Shown piece after piece: positions 8,141 to 17,064 of a stretch of 64,000 nt of DNA (positions are counted from its first letter, which is position 1; each line of letters begins with the position of its first letter). The position numbers and the translations under genes are program-made. This DNA is from a virus. Lineage: Duplodnaviria > Caudoviricetes. The notes under the pieces were generated by a model, which saw nothing but the letters and a program-made list of their open reading frames with translations, did no database searches and had not been told where the DNA came from. The stretch spans positions 2,669 through 66,668 of IMG/VR virus record IMGVR_UViG_3300029288_000011; one strand, written 5' to 3'.

Positions 8141-8391
8141 TCACTAAAAAACGTCACAACACTGAGTATTCAGTTGCTAAGGAATGGGCACGTAAGCGTA
8201 ACTTCACGAAGTTTCTGTTGGCAGGTATGAAAGCTAGGTTACGTATCACAGAGGTTCAAGAGGTTCTTACACCTATCGAACAGCAACGTGTATTGGAACT
8301 AACCCAAGAACTCAACGCCATTGTTAGAGCATGGTCAGGTAACAACCCATTGTCGAGAACGTTGTTTGAGAGTAACAAGAGAGGAAAGTAG
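8137..8391 (+). CDS. Hypothetical protein
   Basis: ATGA overlap with the upstream gene. Confidence 0.6.
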   Translation: MITKKRHNTEYSVAKEWARKRNFTKFLLAGMKARLRITEVQEVLTPIEQQRVLELTQELNAIVRAWSGNNPLSRTLFESNKRGK

Positions 8392-8392
8392 T

Positions 8393-8593
8393 ATGAACGT
8401 AAACCGCGTCGTAGAAGTGAGGATGTTTGATTCGTTAGGACAGCCAACCTTTAACTACGACATAGACGTCAGCACGAGTCTCATGTCTAAAAAATGGCCC
8501 AAGTTCGTGTATACTGTGTTGAGAGAATCTCTAACTGTGTGTATGCAAGGCGGGTGTGTTATTATGAGAGGTGTGTTAACGCCCAGACTATGA
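8393..8593 (+). CDS. Hypothetical protein
   Basis: Start moved to ATG 8393 after AGAGGA. Confidence 0.55.
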   Translation: MNVNRVVEVRMFDSLGQPTFNYDIDVSTSLMSKKWPKFVYTVLRESLTVCMQGGCVIMRGVLTPRL

Positions 8594-8648
8594 AAAGAGA
8601 GGAAACTAAATTATGCAACCCCCAGTGGATCGTTTCATGGAGGTTAAT

Positions 8649-8765
8649 ATGCACAACTACCGCAGACTCTCATTTGATGATGAGTTTCTGCCTGAGTTGG
8701 CACTAGAAACCGAACCTGATGAGTGTTTTATGTTCTTCGCAGAGAAGGAGGACGAACAAGAATGA
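8649..8765 (+). CDS. Hypothetical 38-aa very acidic peptide
   Basis: MHNYRRLSFDDEFLPELALETEPDECFMFFAEKEDEQE; RBS GGAGG; ATGA overlap downstream. Confidence 0.5.
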   Translation: MHNYRRLSFDDEFLPELALETEPDECFMFFAEKEDEQE

Positions 8766-9100
8766 AACCCGACTTAAATGACCCCATGAGTGTTGCTATT
8801 GCTAGTGCAACGTTAGTATTGCATAATGCGTTTAGTCGTAGCATGAACACAACCTTCGAACAAGAATTCGTTTATGTCCCAATGCAATTTCCAGTTGGGT
8901 TTGCAGAAACACTTTCGTCGTTAATGGAAACAGACCAAGAAATAGGTCCGATAGTTGTTACGAGTATTTTAGTGGCTGGCTTAGAAAGTATTATTAATGA
9001 CTTCAACCTGAGAAACAAAGACTCCAGAGTCGCATTACGAGAAGCTATAACAAAACATGCAAACGAAGCACGTAAGGCACAAAATGCTGACTTACACTAA
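8762..9100 (+). CDS. Hypothetical protein
   Basis: Start moved to ATG 8762 (ATGA overlap). Confidence 0.6.
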   Translation: MKPDLNDPMSVAIASATLVLHNAFSRSMNTTFEQEFVYVPMQFPVGFAETLSSLMETDQEIGPIVVTSILVAGLESIINDFNLRNKDSRVALREAITKHANEARKAQNADLH

Positions 9101-9105
9101 CAAAC

Positions 9106-9259
9106 GTCCCTGTGGCCACGGGACATGTGTGGGTGGCCATGACGCACGAGGGTTAGGTCAGTGCTAAGTCGCCCGCACTACCGGGCGGCAGTCTCCTCCA
9201 CCCATAGCAAGCGTGACCAACGTGAGCAATGATTGGGTTAAGGACTCCGCCCGGTTTTT
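9106..9259 (+). ncRNA. Structured intergenic RNA, attenuator-like
   Basis: Hairpins 9106-9124 and 9168-9189; alternative stem 9181-9188/9247-9254 followed by T5. Confidence 0.45.
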
Positions 9260-9287
9260 ATTAATTTTGACATAAAAGGAGACCAAC

Positions 9288-9743
9288 ATGGAAGACGAAA
9301 ACAAAAGTGAGTTCGGTAAAGGATGTGCGTATTGTTTGGTGCTATTCGCAAACCACTTCGACAATGACATGTGGCATAAGGTTGTAGAGTACAACTGGGC
9401 AATTCAAGGTAAGGAAGTATCAAAGGACGCTCAGTGGTGGTTGGATAACATAGTCCCAATTTATAAAGGCGACAAAGCTAAGGCACTCTCGTCTCAGATT
9501 GTGTCTTGGGCCAATGGTGCGTCGGATCATTTGTATGATTTGCAGATTCCACAGGATGGGTCTGAGTTGTCAGATGTGTTGACAGAGATACGTGAAACGG
9601 GACTGAAAATGGGCCACGGGTTTCTTGAGCCAGTTACTTGGACACCTGATGATATGTTTAAGTTGAGAGAACTAACCTTTAAGGCTGCTACGTTGATTGA
9701 CCAGAAATTAGGTGTAGAGGTAGAGAAAGGTCAGTGGGAATAA
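9288..9743 (+). CDS. Hypothetical protein
   Basis: ORF track, RBS AAGGAG. Confidence 0.75.
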   Translation: MEDENKSEFGKGCAYCLVLFANHFDNDMWHKVVEYNWAIQGKEVSKDAQWWLDNIVPIYKGDKAKALSSQIVSWANGASDHLYDLQIPQDGSELSDVLTEIRETGLKMGHGFLEPVTWTPDDMFKLRELTFKAATLIDQKLGVEVEKGQWE

Positions 9744-9779
9744 CCTTTAAACTTAATTCATTCAGAAAGTGAATTCATT

Positions 9780-10238
9780 ATGTCTACGAAATTAATTGAC
9801 TCCTATTCCAAGCTACTCCCCTACGACGGTACGCTCTATTCGCCAGTTAAGCGTACGCCGTACGTAGGGGAGTTAGCTATTACGTTAAGTGACCCTAGAG
9901 GTTATTGTTGTGTTGTGAGTGCCATCAATAACGACATAGCTACGGTGTATTGGTTAGATGACCTTCCCAACGCTACGAGAACTTATCCAGTGAAGTCACT
10001 CATCCCAACGGGTAAGACACCACTAGACTTACTCAAGTTATACGAGCCTACACCACAGTCACTTAATGACGCACTCACTAAAGAGCGTAGTCAGGTTGAC
10101 TACCTAGCGTTCAAAAAGAAAGGAGGTGGGTCAGCCACTAACAAGAAGCCTAAGTTTGACGTCAAAAACATGTCTAAGGAACAAAAAGATCAGTTAAAAG
10201 GGTTTATTATGCAGTTATTAAAGGGAGGAGACAAATGA
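9780..10238 (+). CDS. Hypothetical protein
   Basis: ORF track. Confidence 0.7.
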   Translation: MSTKLIDSYSKLLPYDGTLYSPVKRTPYVGELAITLSDPRGYCCVVSAINNDIATVYWLDDLPNATRTYPVKSLIPTGKTPLDLLKLYEPTPQSLNDALTKERSQVDYLAFKKKGGGSATNKKPKFDVKNMSKEQKDQLKGFIMQLLKGGDK

Positions 10239-10420
10239 ACGACAACGGTGAACGTTTTCTGTCTGAGTTGAAAGACCTCTGTAAGAAACATTTTGTGCAT
10301 TTGATTGAGGAGTGGGTAGACGACAGCGATGGTAACACAATGTTCACGGGTATACACTTCCAAGGCCCCGATTTCTGGATTCCAGTAACGGATATGCTGT
10401 TGGAAAGTGAGGAGGACTAA
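10235..10420 (+). CDS. Hypothetical acidic protein
   Basis: ATGA overlap, RBS GGAGG. Confidence 0.6.
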   Translation: MNDNGERFLSELKDLCKKHFVHLIEEWVDDSDGNTMFTGIHFQGPDFWIPVTDMLLESEED

Positions 10421-10422
10421 CC

Positions 10423-10602
10423 ATGAAACGCGTCATAAGAATTCTGTACTTTGAAGGCCCAGACGAGTGGATAGACCTAACACTAAAAAAATCTTGGCTC
10501 CAGCCAGACGTGGAAGTTTCTATTGCTCAGGGACACATAGCTAAGGAACTGAGCAGAACCATTATTGTTGACGATCACTTCCTTGATAACAAGGAGGACT
10601 AA
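10423..10602 (+). CDS. Hypothetical 59-aa protein
   Basis: MKRVIRILYFEGPDEWID..., RBS GGAGG; below track cutoff. Confidence 0.6.
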   Translation: MKRVIRILYFEGPDEWIDLTLKKSWLQPDVEVSIAQGHIAKELSRTIIVDDHFLDNKED

Positions 10603-10603
10603 C

Positions 10604-10780
10604 ATGTCAGTAGGAATGAAAACATTGCTACAAATAGCCACTCAATTAAAATCCGAAAACAATAAGAACCCTGAATACGATAGGGCTTTAGTTGAATTTC
10701 TAACAGAAGCACTCGGCCTTACTATGGACCACAAGAATGACGTTGCAGAGTTATTGGACATTAAACTGGAGGTGCATTAA
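10604..10780 (+). CDS. Hypothetical protein
   Basis: Start moved to ATG 10604 after AGGAGG. Confidence 0.6.
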   Translation: MSVGMKTLLQIATQLKSENNKNPEYDRALVEFLTEALGLTMDHKNDVAELLDIKLEVH

Positions 10781-10782
10781 AA

Positions 10783-11676
10783 ATGCTCGTAACCGACCCT
10801 TCGACGATACAAGAGCTACGTGCAAATGGTATAGACGTCTATGACTTCTCATCAATTAGTCGTGCTATCTCATGTCCCCGTGCATACTACTATCGACACG
10901 AACTGGGCTTGACCATAGCTGTCACACCTGAGCCTAGTTACTCACTAGAGTTTGGCCGATGCGTCCACAAAGCATTGCAACACTGGTATGTGAATCGCAA
11001 GGACGACGATGCCATTTTAATGTTTGCAAACGAATTCAAACCCTTTGAAGAAAAGCCTACGTTAAGTGCCAAAACCGGCAAGGAACTAGACGCCACGTAT
11101 ACGGTTAGGTTTGGCTGTTCGTTGTTGGATGCATACTTCACTAAATATGCTAACGAGAATTATACGTTAATCCAGAACGAGGTTCCAGTAGCAGAGGAAC
11201 TAAGCGACAATGTATTCATAGCAGGTAGGATTGACAAAGTAATTGATCGTAATGGTAAGATTGTGTTTATCGACCACAAGACAAGTAAATACATGGACAA
11301 ATACACCGTCAATCCTAATCCCCAGTTTGCAGGGTATAAGTTTCTATGCGAGAAGTTAACTGGCAAACACGTAAGCGGTGAGTTGGACATGTTAGGTGTA
11401 GCGAAGTCTAAGGACTTAACTACGTTGCTCAGACGTGAGCCGTTTGACTACACTCCTTGGCAAATGGAACAATGGAAGCGTAGTATAACCGAACACATCA
11501 ACATGATTCGTAGGTGGCGTGAGAGTAAGTTCTTTCCGCAGTATTGGAACTGCAAACCGTTTTTTAGGGATTGTCAATTCTTGCCGTTGTGTACGTTGGC
11601 ACGTCACGAAGAAGAAGATAGTTTGATTGCTAACCTCTATCGGGTGGAGTTTTGGGACCCCTTTACAGTAGACTAA
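10783..11676 (+). CDS. PD-(D/E)XK exonuclease, RecB/Cas4-like, with Fe-S cysteines
   Basis: CPRAYYYR, GRIDK, IDHKT, C-terminal CKPFFRDCQFLPLC. Confidence 0.85.
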   Translation: MLVTDPSTIQELRANGIDVYDFSSISRAISCPRAYYYRHELGLTIAVTPEPSYSLEFGRCVHKALQHWYVNRKDDDAILMFANEFKPFEEKPTLSAKTGKELDATYTVRFGCSLLDAYFTKYANENYTLIQNEVPVAEELSDNVFIAGRIDKVIDRNGKIVFIDHKTSKYMDKYTVNPNPQFAGYKFLCEKLTGKHVSGELDMLGVAKSKDLTTLLRREPFDYTPWQMEQWKRSITEHINMIRRWRESKFFPQYWNCKPFFRDCQFLPLCTLARHEEEDSLIANLYRVEFWDPFTVD

Positions 11677-11685
11677 GGAGACACT

Positions 11686-11871
11686 ATGAAAACCCTCAAA
11701 GACATTAACCTATGTACTCACCCCGACCCGGGTGGGTGTTTTTATCACATTTACCTATTATACAAAGCCCAAGGTGCAACTATGCAACTCCCAGGTGGTT
11801 ATCCTGCACCAGCGTGTGACCATTGTAAGTGGTTGAAGCGTGATGAGGACTTTCATGCACCTATGGACTAA
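11686..11871 (+). CDS. Hypothetical Cys/His-rich small protein
   Basis: ORF track, RBS AAGGAG, CDHC. Confidence 0.5.
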   Translation: MKTLKDINLCTHPDPGGCFYHIYLLYKAQGATMQLPGGYPAPACDHCKWLKRDEDFHAPMD

Positions 11872-11976
11872 CCCAAAAAGGAGGTGATTAAACATGGCAA
11901 CGATTCTAGCTATTAACCTGGCTATTGTGATCGTTTGGATAATCCTTAAACATGCGAACTGAAAGGAGTACGTACT

Positions 11977-12273
11977 ATGCTTAGGTTCCCATATCCAATT
12001 AAGTTCGTAGCATCGAACAAACACGAGTTCGATGTGCGTGTAACGAAACCCAACAAACGATCATGGTGGTTGCAAATCCTTGACGATGGGGTAGTAATTA
12101 AAACAATAAAAGTCTCTAAAACCTCAGTCAAGTTGCGCTACCCCACTAAAAATGGAGGAACAGCAGATGGTCCAACCATACTCAGGTCGCTCGTCAAGGA
12201 GGACAGGTTATCAAGGGTACGGGAGTCCACGATCAACAGGCAAACGAATAGCAAGTCTACGTCTAGCAGATAA
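11977..12273 (+). CDS. Hypothetical basic protein
   Basis: RBS AAAGGAG; overlaps the next gene. Confidence 0.5.
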   Translation: MLRFPYPIKFVASNKHEFDVRVTKPNKRSWWLQILDDGVVIKTIKVSKTSVKLRYPTKNGGTADGPTILRSLVKEDRLSRVRESTINRQTNSKSTSSR

Positions 12274-12655
12274 TGATGTGTTTATTATTGTTGAGGCACC
12301 ATATGATGCGGGGTTTACGGAGACCCTTAAGACTAGCATCCCACAAAAGAAACGCATTTGGGACGCAAACGATAAGGCGTGGTTCGTTGTAAAAGATCAA
12401 CTTGATAAACTCACACATATACTTGACCAGTATTATGATGAGGTTATCTTGTTGGGATTTCCACAGCAGTCAATGGCCACGGACGCATGGGGGAAGTTGT
12501 ATCTAACACAAGGCGCACCTATTGAGGTGATACAGGCGGTGTATAGGGTACTTGCTAAGAAGTATCATCCTGATTTAGGTGGTGATGTAGAGAAGATGAA
12601 ACAGGTTAATGCAGCATACAAAGAATTAATGGGGGAATTTACTAACGGTGACTAG
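12167..12655 (+). CDS. J-domain (DnaJ-like) protein with N-terminal HARP-like segment
   Basis: YRVLAKKYHPDLGGDVEKMKQVNAAY (HPD motif); APYDAGF...KKRIWDANDKAWFV. Confidence 0.8.
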   Translation: MVQPYSGRSSRRTGYQGYGSPRSTGKRIASLRLADNDVFIIVEAPYDAGFTETLKTSIPQKKRIWDANDKAWFVVKDQLDKLTHILDQYYDEVILLGFPQQSMATDAWGKLYLTQGAPIEVIQAVYRVLAKKYHPDLGGDVEKMKQVNAAYKELMGEFTNGD

Positions 12656-12664
12656 GAGGTCAAA

Positions 12665-12937
12665 ATGAAAAAACTCATCTTAACAGCAATCATGTTCGGG
12701 TTACTTACGTCTGGTGCATACGCACAGGACACCAAACCTCAACCTAAGCCTAAGTCAACTGAAGAACTCACTTGGCAAGCACAGGCACTGCAAAACGAAT
12801 ACCTTTATTTACAGGAACGTCTCAAAAACATCCAGTTTGAGTTCAACAAAATCAAAGCCGAACTGGACGCTCGTAAGGTACCAATGGTTGATACGTCTAA
12901 ACCTGACTCCAAAGAGGACAAGAAAGGAAAAAAATAA
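12665..12937 (+). CDS. Exported coiled-coil protein
   Basis: Signal peptide MKKLILTAIMFGLLTSGAYA followed by heptads. Confidence 0.7.
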   Translation: MKKLILTAIMFGLLTSGAYAQDTKPQPKPKSTEELTWQAQALQNEYLYLQERLKNIQFEFNKIKAELDARKVPMVDTSKPDSKEDKKGKK

Positions 12938-13537
12938 ATGGACCTAACCACTAATAAAAATGCACAGGTAGCAACTCAGCGTATCAAGGGTAAAAAGCTG
13001 ACGTTGCAGGATTTGAAGCGTGCAAATAGTGTTACCACTCAAATTAAGAACGTATACATACTATGCGATATTAGCGGTTCGATGAGTGGGAACAAACTGA
13101 CCTCACTTAGAGACGCCTTGAAGAAGGTCTACCGTCCTGGTATTAAGGTGTTTGCGTTTAGCGATCAAGTGTACGAGCTACAAGAATCTGACTTTGCCTT
13201 GTTACAGGTGATGGGCGGTACGGGCATGATGAACGTGTTACGTGAAACCTGGCGTTGCGATCCGCGTCATATAATTCTTATCACTGATGGTGAGCCAACT
13301 GATACCAGTGAAGACGAAATCCTACTCGCAGCTGAGGCCCACAAAACCATACCTATTGATACGATTGGTGTGAGCGAATATGGTCGACGTGGCTTCAATG
13401 CCGGGTTTCTAGAGGCGTTGTCACGCATCACTGGTGGCAAATTTAACGACTGCAGCAAACCGTTTGAATTAACCTTTATAGTTGAAACCCTACTAATAGG
13501 TATGGGTTCCGAGAAGAGAGGAGCAATTCAACTATGA
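12938..13537 (+). CDS. vWA domain protein
   Basis: MIDAS motif LCDISGSM, GGT, ILITDGEP, IDTIGV. Confidence 0.85.
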   Translation: MDLTTNKNAQVATQRIKGKKLTLQDLKRANSVTTQIKNVYILCDISGSMSGNKLTSLRDALKKVYRPGIKVFAFSDQVYELQESDFALLQVMGGTGMMNVLRETWRCDPRHIILITDGEPTDTSEDEILLAAEAHKTIPIDTIGVSEYGRRGFNAGFLEALSRITGGKFNDCSKPFELTFIVETLLIGMGSEKRGAIQL

Positions 13538-13788
13538 GAACCTATAATGTTATATATTTTCTAGACGACAAAGAGAACCTAACCTGTCACATGGATTTGG
13601 GAACTTATTATGACAGTATAATCATTAACAACGAGACTGATTACATACACGCCAACCCACAAACGATATTTTATGTCCCAATTCATGACGAGCAGACGTT
13701 TGTTAACTTCAAAAATTCAGTTATTTGGGCATTTAACCACTACATGAAGAATAAACATGCATCAACTCACACTAGTCCTAAGGAGTAA
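13534..13788 (+). CDS. Hypothetical protein
   Basis: ATGA overlap. Confidence 0.6.
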   Translation: MRTYNVIYFLDDKENLTCHMDLGTYYDSIIINNETDYIHANPQTIFYVPIHDEQTFVNFKNSVIWAFNHYMKNKHASTHTSPKE

Positions 13789-13792
13789 GCCA

Positions 13793-14596
13793 ATGCAACT
13801 CAACATTCCAGACCCAACGTCAGTGAATGATTACATTCCTGATAGTTATAATGCACTAATCTACGGCCCGTCTGGGACAGGTAAGACTGAATTCTGGGCA
13901 ACCTGGGCTGAGGCAGGTGAGGTGTTGGGACTAGACTCTGATCAGGGTATCGTAACAATCAAGTCTACACCTAGAATCTCACCTGAGCTTAAAGCACGTA
14001 TCAAACACATACCCATTATTGACAAATCCACCGACCCTCACATCAAAGAACCCATTGGTTGGGCTATAGTAAAGGCAGTCGTTGAGTCTGTCGCTGCTAC
14101 GGGTAAGTTTGGTAACTGCCAACCCAAAACTCTCGTCATAGACTCCATGACCACAGTCTCAGCTATGACAATGACATGGGTGTTAACTCAAAACCGCAAG
14201 TCCCCTGAGACTCAACCATCCTTGCCAGACTGGGGCAAACAAATTGAGGAACTCAAACGTATTATTAACCTTGGACGTAGCATTAAGGGTGTCAACTTTA
14301 TATGCGTCGCACATGAGCAATACGAGAAAGACGAGTTATCTGGACGTGTGTGGTGCTTGCCACTTGTCACTGGTAAGTTTGCCCAACAAATAGGTGGATA
14401 CTTCGACGAGGTTTATCATGCTAAAGTCGAGCAAACTGGTGACAAGCATGTGTATAAACTGGACACAAAAGCGACGGGACTTATTACTGCTAAGTCGCGG
14501 TTAGACTTACCCACACCAATCGCAACTCATTACAACAGTCTCAAAGGCACGTTGGAAAAGTTGCAAGTGAAAGGAGGTGTCACAACAACAAAATGA
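13793..14596 (+). CDS. AAA_24 / Sak4-like P-loop ATPase
   Basis: LIYGPSGTGKT, LVIDSMT, ICVAHE, YFDEVY, AKSR. Confidence 0.85.
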   Translation: MQLNIPDPTSVNDYIPDSYNALIYGPSGTGKTEFWATWAEAGEVLGLDSDQGIVTIKSTPRISPELKARIKHIPIIDKSTDPHIKEPIGWAIVKAVVESVAATGKFGNCQPKTLVIDSMTTVSAMTMTWVLTQNRKSPETQPSLPDWGKQIEELKRIINLGRSIKGVNFICVAHEQYEKDELSGRVWCLPLVTGKFAQQIGGYFDEVYHAKVEQTGDKHVYKLDTKATGLITAKSRLDLPTPIATHYNSLKGTLEKLQVKGGVTTTK

Positions 14597-14641
14597 CAAT
14601 TACCCTTATTATTAACCGTTAACCAAATGGAGGAGCTTAGT

Positions 14642-15082
14642 ATGCCAACGATTAACCTTGGAGTAGATTACGAAGACGTGAAATCTCTTGACGAATGGAT
14701 CGTCGTGCCCGGTGGGACATATTCATTTGTCGTTCGCGGCATCGACGAGAAAAAATCCAAAACCGGACGGCCGATGTTGAACTGGCGAATTGAAGTCACC
14801 GACCCCGTGTCACAGCGCCCTGTGAGTGTGTTCTACAACACTGTCCTGCCGTGGATGGACAACGGCGAACTCAGCGTTAAGGGTTGCGGGATGCTTGTGT
14901 CTATCGCAAAGGCAGTAGGCTTGCCCTGGACTGGCAAAGACCTCAACACTGAGGACTACATCGGACGTGCCGGTAGCGTCGTGCTCAAAGTTAGTAAAGC
15001 TCAGAAAGACGACGGGACTGGTAAATACGTCGACGATCCTGATGGTAAGGTCCGTAACGAAGTTGAGAAGTTTGTCTACTAA
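14642..15082 (+). CDS. DUF669-like single-stranded DNA-binding protein
   Basis: VPGGTYSFVV...KKSKTGRPMLNW; directly follows the Sak4-like ATPase. Confidence 0.75.
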   Translation: MPTINLGVDYEDVKSLDEWIVVPGGTYSFVVRGIDEKKSKTGRPMLNWRIEVTDPVSQRPVSVFYNTVLPWMDNGELSVKGCGMLVSIAKAVGLPWTGKDLNTEDYIGRAGSVVLKVSKAQKDDGTGKYVDDPDGKVRNEVEKFVY

Positions 15083-15152
15083 CCATTCCCACATCTATTA
15101 ACCTTTTTCCAAGCATGACATTAGTTGTGCTAACTCTCTAGGAGGTTCTAAT

Positions 15153-15425
15153 ATGAAGACCGAACAAGTAGAAATCAAGTCCAAAGGCGAATCGTTGGGA
15201 ACGTTTGACTACGCATACCCTGAGACGTTGGACGAGGGTATCAGTGTTGACACAGCGGACTCAGTGTTTAAGCTGTACGCCATGCAGCGCAAGATTCGTT
15301 TCATGGACGCCAAACGCAGAGAGCTGACTGGTGGTGGTCTCCCGAAGGCTCTCACTGAGAAACTTCGCTCCTTGGATAAGGGCAAGTTGGCTCAGATTGC
15401 CGAGTTGCTGGGGATCGAACTGTAG
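15153..15425 (+). CDS. Hypothetical protein
   Basis: ORF track, RBS AGGAGG. Confidence 0.7.
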   Translation: MKTEQVEIKSKGESLGTFDYAYPETLDEGISVDTADSVFKLYAMQRKIRFMDAKRRELTGGGLPKALTEKLRSLDKGKLAQIAELLGIEL

Positions 15426-15438
15426 GTTATTAGTCGTT

Positions 15439-15698
15439 AGCTCCCTAACCGGGGTTGGAGGGTTCCGCACCTAATGGGATTTAACTTAGGTTAGATATAC
15501 ACACTGGAACGCTTGATGTTCATGCAACTACCGGTCTTACACTTGGGAATTTACATGACGAGAGGAACCAGTCATGTGAGGTTGCAAGTGGGGGAGCTTA
15601 TTACTAGCGTAGCGGTGGTAGGGTAGAAACAAAGGGTTGAATCTAGACGTCATTGCGCCTATAGGCAGAGTAAGACCCGTTCTGCCCGAAACCGCCAC
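15439..15698 (+). ncRNA. Candidate structured non-coding RNA
   Basis: Several nested stems in a 290-nt gap that lacks a plus-strand ORF in the track. Confidence 0.45.
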
Positions 15699-15715
15699 TT
15701 AAAGGAGGGGGAAAG

Positions 15716-15955
15716 ATGGATGACAATAGACCATTCCCAATTCAAGGTGGAGTTTTTAGACAGCCTGACGGGGAAGTTCGGAGGCCCGTCGAGCGTTATT
15801 TACCGTGTACTATTCCGTGGTGGTTAGCGGAGGAAGCGTATAAATTGTATGTCAAGGAAGGCGGAAGAGGCCAAACGCTGGAGAGATTAGCGGAACGTGG
15901 CGGTTTTGGCCGTGAAGAACTTATATACTTAATTCGTGGACGGTGGGGTGAGTGA
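15716..15955 (+). CDS. Hypothetical protein
   Basis: ORF track, RBS AAGGAGG. Confidence 0.65.
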   Translation: MDDNRPFPIQGGVFRQPDGEVRRPVERYLPCTIPWWLAEEAYKLYVKEGGRGQTLERLAERGGFGREELIYLIRGRWGE

Positions 15956-15986
15956 CCACGCCCCAGGCGGGCGAAAGGGGGAAGGG

Positions 15987-16448
15987 ATGAACATAGAATT
16001 TGAAGTTTTGACAGATACGCTTTTACATATTGGAGAGGTTCAAGAGAATTTGGAAATCTTTATCGGAGAACTACGGCAGCGTGGTCTTGCACATGACAGA
16101 ACGAAGCTGCAAGAACTAGAATTTGACGCTTTCGTTTCAACCCGCCCGAAGTTCAAGAAAGCGAACTACGGAAGTCCTGAGTATCAAGAATGTGTGGATG
16201 CTATCAAGCCAGCGATTGACCATCATTACCAGCTTAACAGGCACCACACGGCTTTTCATCAAGAAGGTATCAACGAAATGAACCTCATTGACATTCTCGA
16301 AATGGTGGCTGATTGGAGAGCCGCAGCGAGAAGAAGTCCAACTCAGACATTTGAACAGTCCTTAGATTATGCGTTTAATAAGTACAAGATAGACGAACAG
16401 CTAAAGGGGATTATACTGCATACTCTCAAGGACTTGAATTGGGTGTAG
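15987..16448 (+). CDS. DUF5662-like HD-related protein
   Basis: HDRTKL, HHYQLNRHH, EMVADW. Confidence 0.7.
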   Translation: MNIEFEVLTDTLLHIGEVQENLEIFIGELRQRGLAHDRTKLQELEFDAFVSTRPKFKKANYGSPEYQECVDAIKPAIDHHYQLNRHHTAFHQEGINEMNLIDILEMVADWRAAARRSPTQTFEQSLDYAFNKYKIDEQLKGIILHTLKDLNWV

Positions 16449-16459
16449 GAGGTCCAGCC

Positions 16460-16810
16460 ATGAACGATGTGAACAGGGAAGTGGCAGAGAAGGTTATGGG
16501 GTGGGAAGTGTTGGACATAGACTTGCCGCCTGGTGAAAAACGAATGTGGGCCTCACACGAAGTCGATTCCATTGGCTATAAATATTTCAAGCCACAAATA
16601 GCCGTGAAGGACTTCGACCCCATGCACCGGATTGAGCACGCGTGGATGGTGGTGGAGAAGTTTGATGGTTGTCTGCATTTGAGGCAGCACAATAAAAATG
16701 GAAAATGGGAAGCGTTCTTTTGTGACGCTGGCCCAGGGCACGAAGCAGAGGGAGACACCGCACAAGAAGCGATATGCAAAGCCGCACTCGCGGCAAAGGA
16801 GGAAGCATGA
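16460..16810 (+). CDS. Phage ABA-sandwich (BC1872-like) domain protein
   Basis: VAEKVMGW...IEHAWMVVEK...AQEAICKAAL. Confidence 0.7.
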   Translation: MNDVNREVAEKVMGWEVLDIDLPPGEKRMWASHEVDSIGYKYFKPQIAVKDFDPMHRIEHAWMVVEKFDGCLHLRQHNKNGKWEAFFCDAGPGHEAEGDTAQEAICKAALAAKEEA

Positions 16811-17064
16811 AACTAGGAAAGTGTATTTATACAGGCGAACACGGAGACTATGCTCACCATATTCTTTTGGATGAGTTTCCAAATGACGTGCTCAAAATTT
16901 CAACGGTGTTCTCAAGGAGCATTAATGGCTACAGTGAGAACTCAATCCTCTTGGAAAGAGGAACGGTCAGAAGGCTGGTCACTCTCCTACAAGAATGGCT
17001 GGGAGAACCTATAGGCATGACTGCCAAGGTAAAGCTGCCGAAGAAGCGGAAGGAGGGGAAGTGA
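16807..17064 (+). CDS. Hypothetical protein
   Basis: ATGA overlap. Confidence 0.6.
   Translation: MKLGKCIYTGEHGDYAHHILLDEFPNDVLKISTVFSRSINGYSENSILLERGTVRRLVTLLQEWLGEPIGMTAKVKLPKKRKEGK

Noticed and set aside
10783-11676. Cas4 as part of a CRISPR system
   Set aside because: No cas1/cas2 or array; context is a phage recombination exonuclease
15621-15688. tRNA gene suggested by a 7-bp acceptor-like stem
   Set aside because: No TTC T-loop, D-loop or anticodon arm geometry
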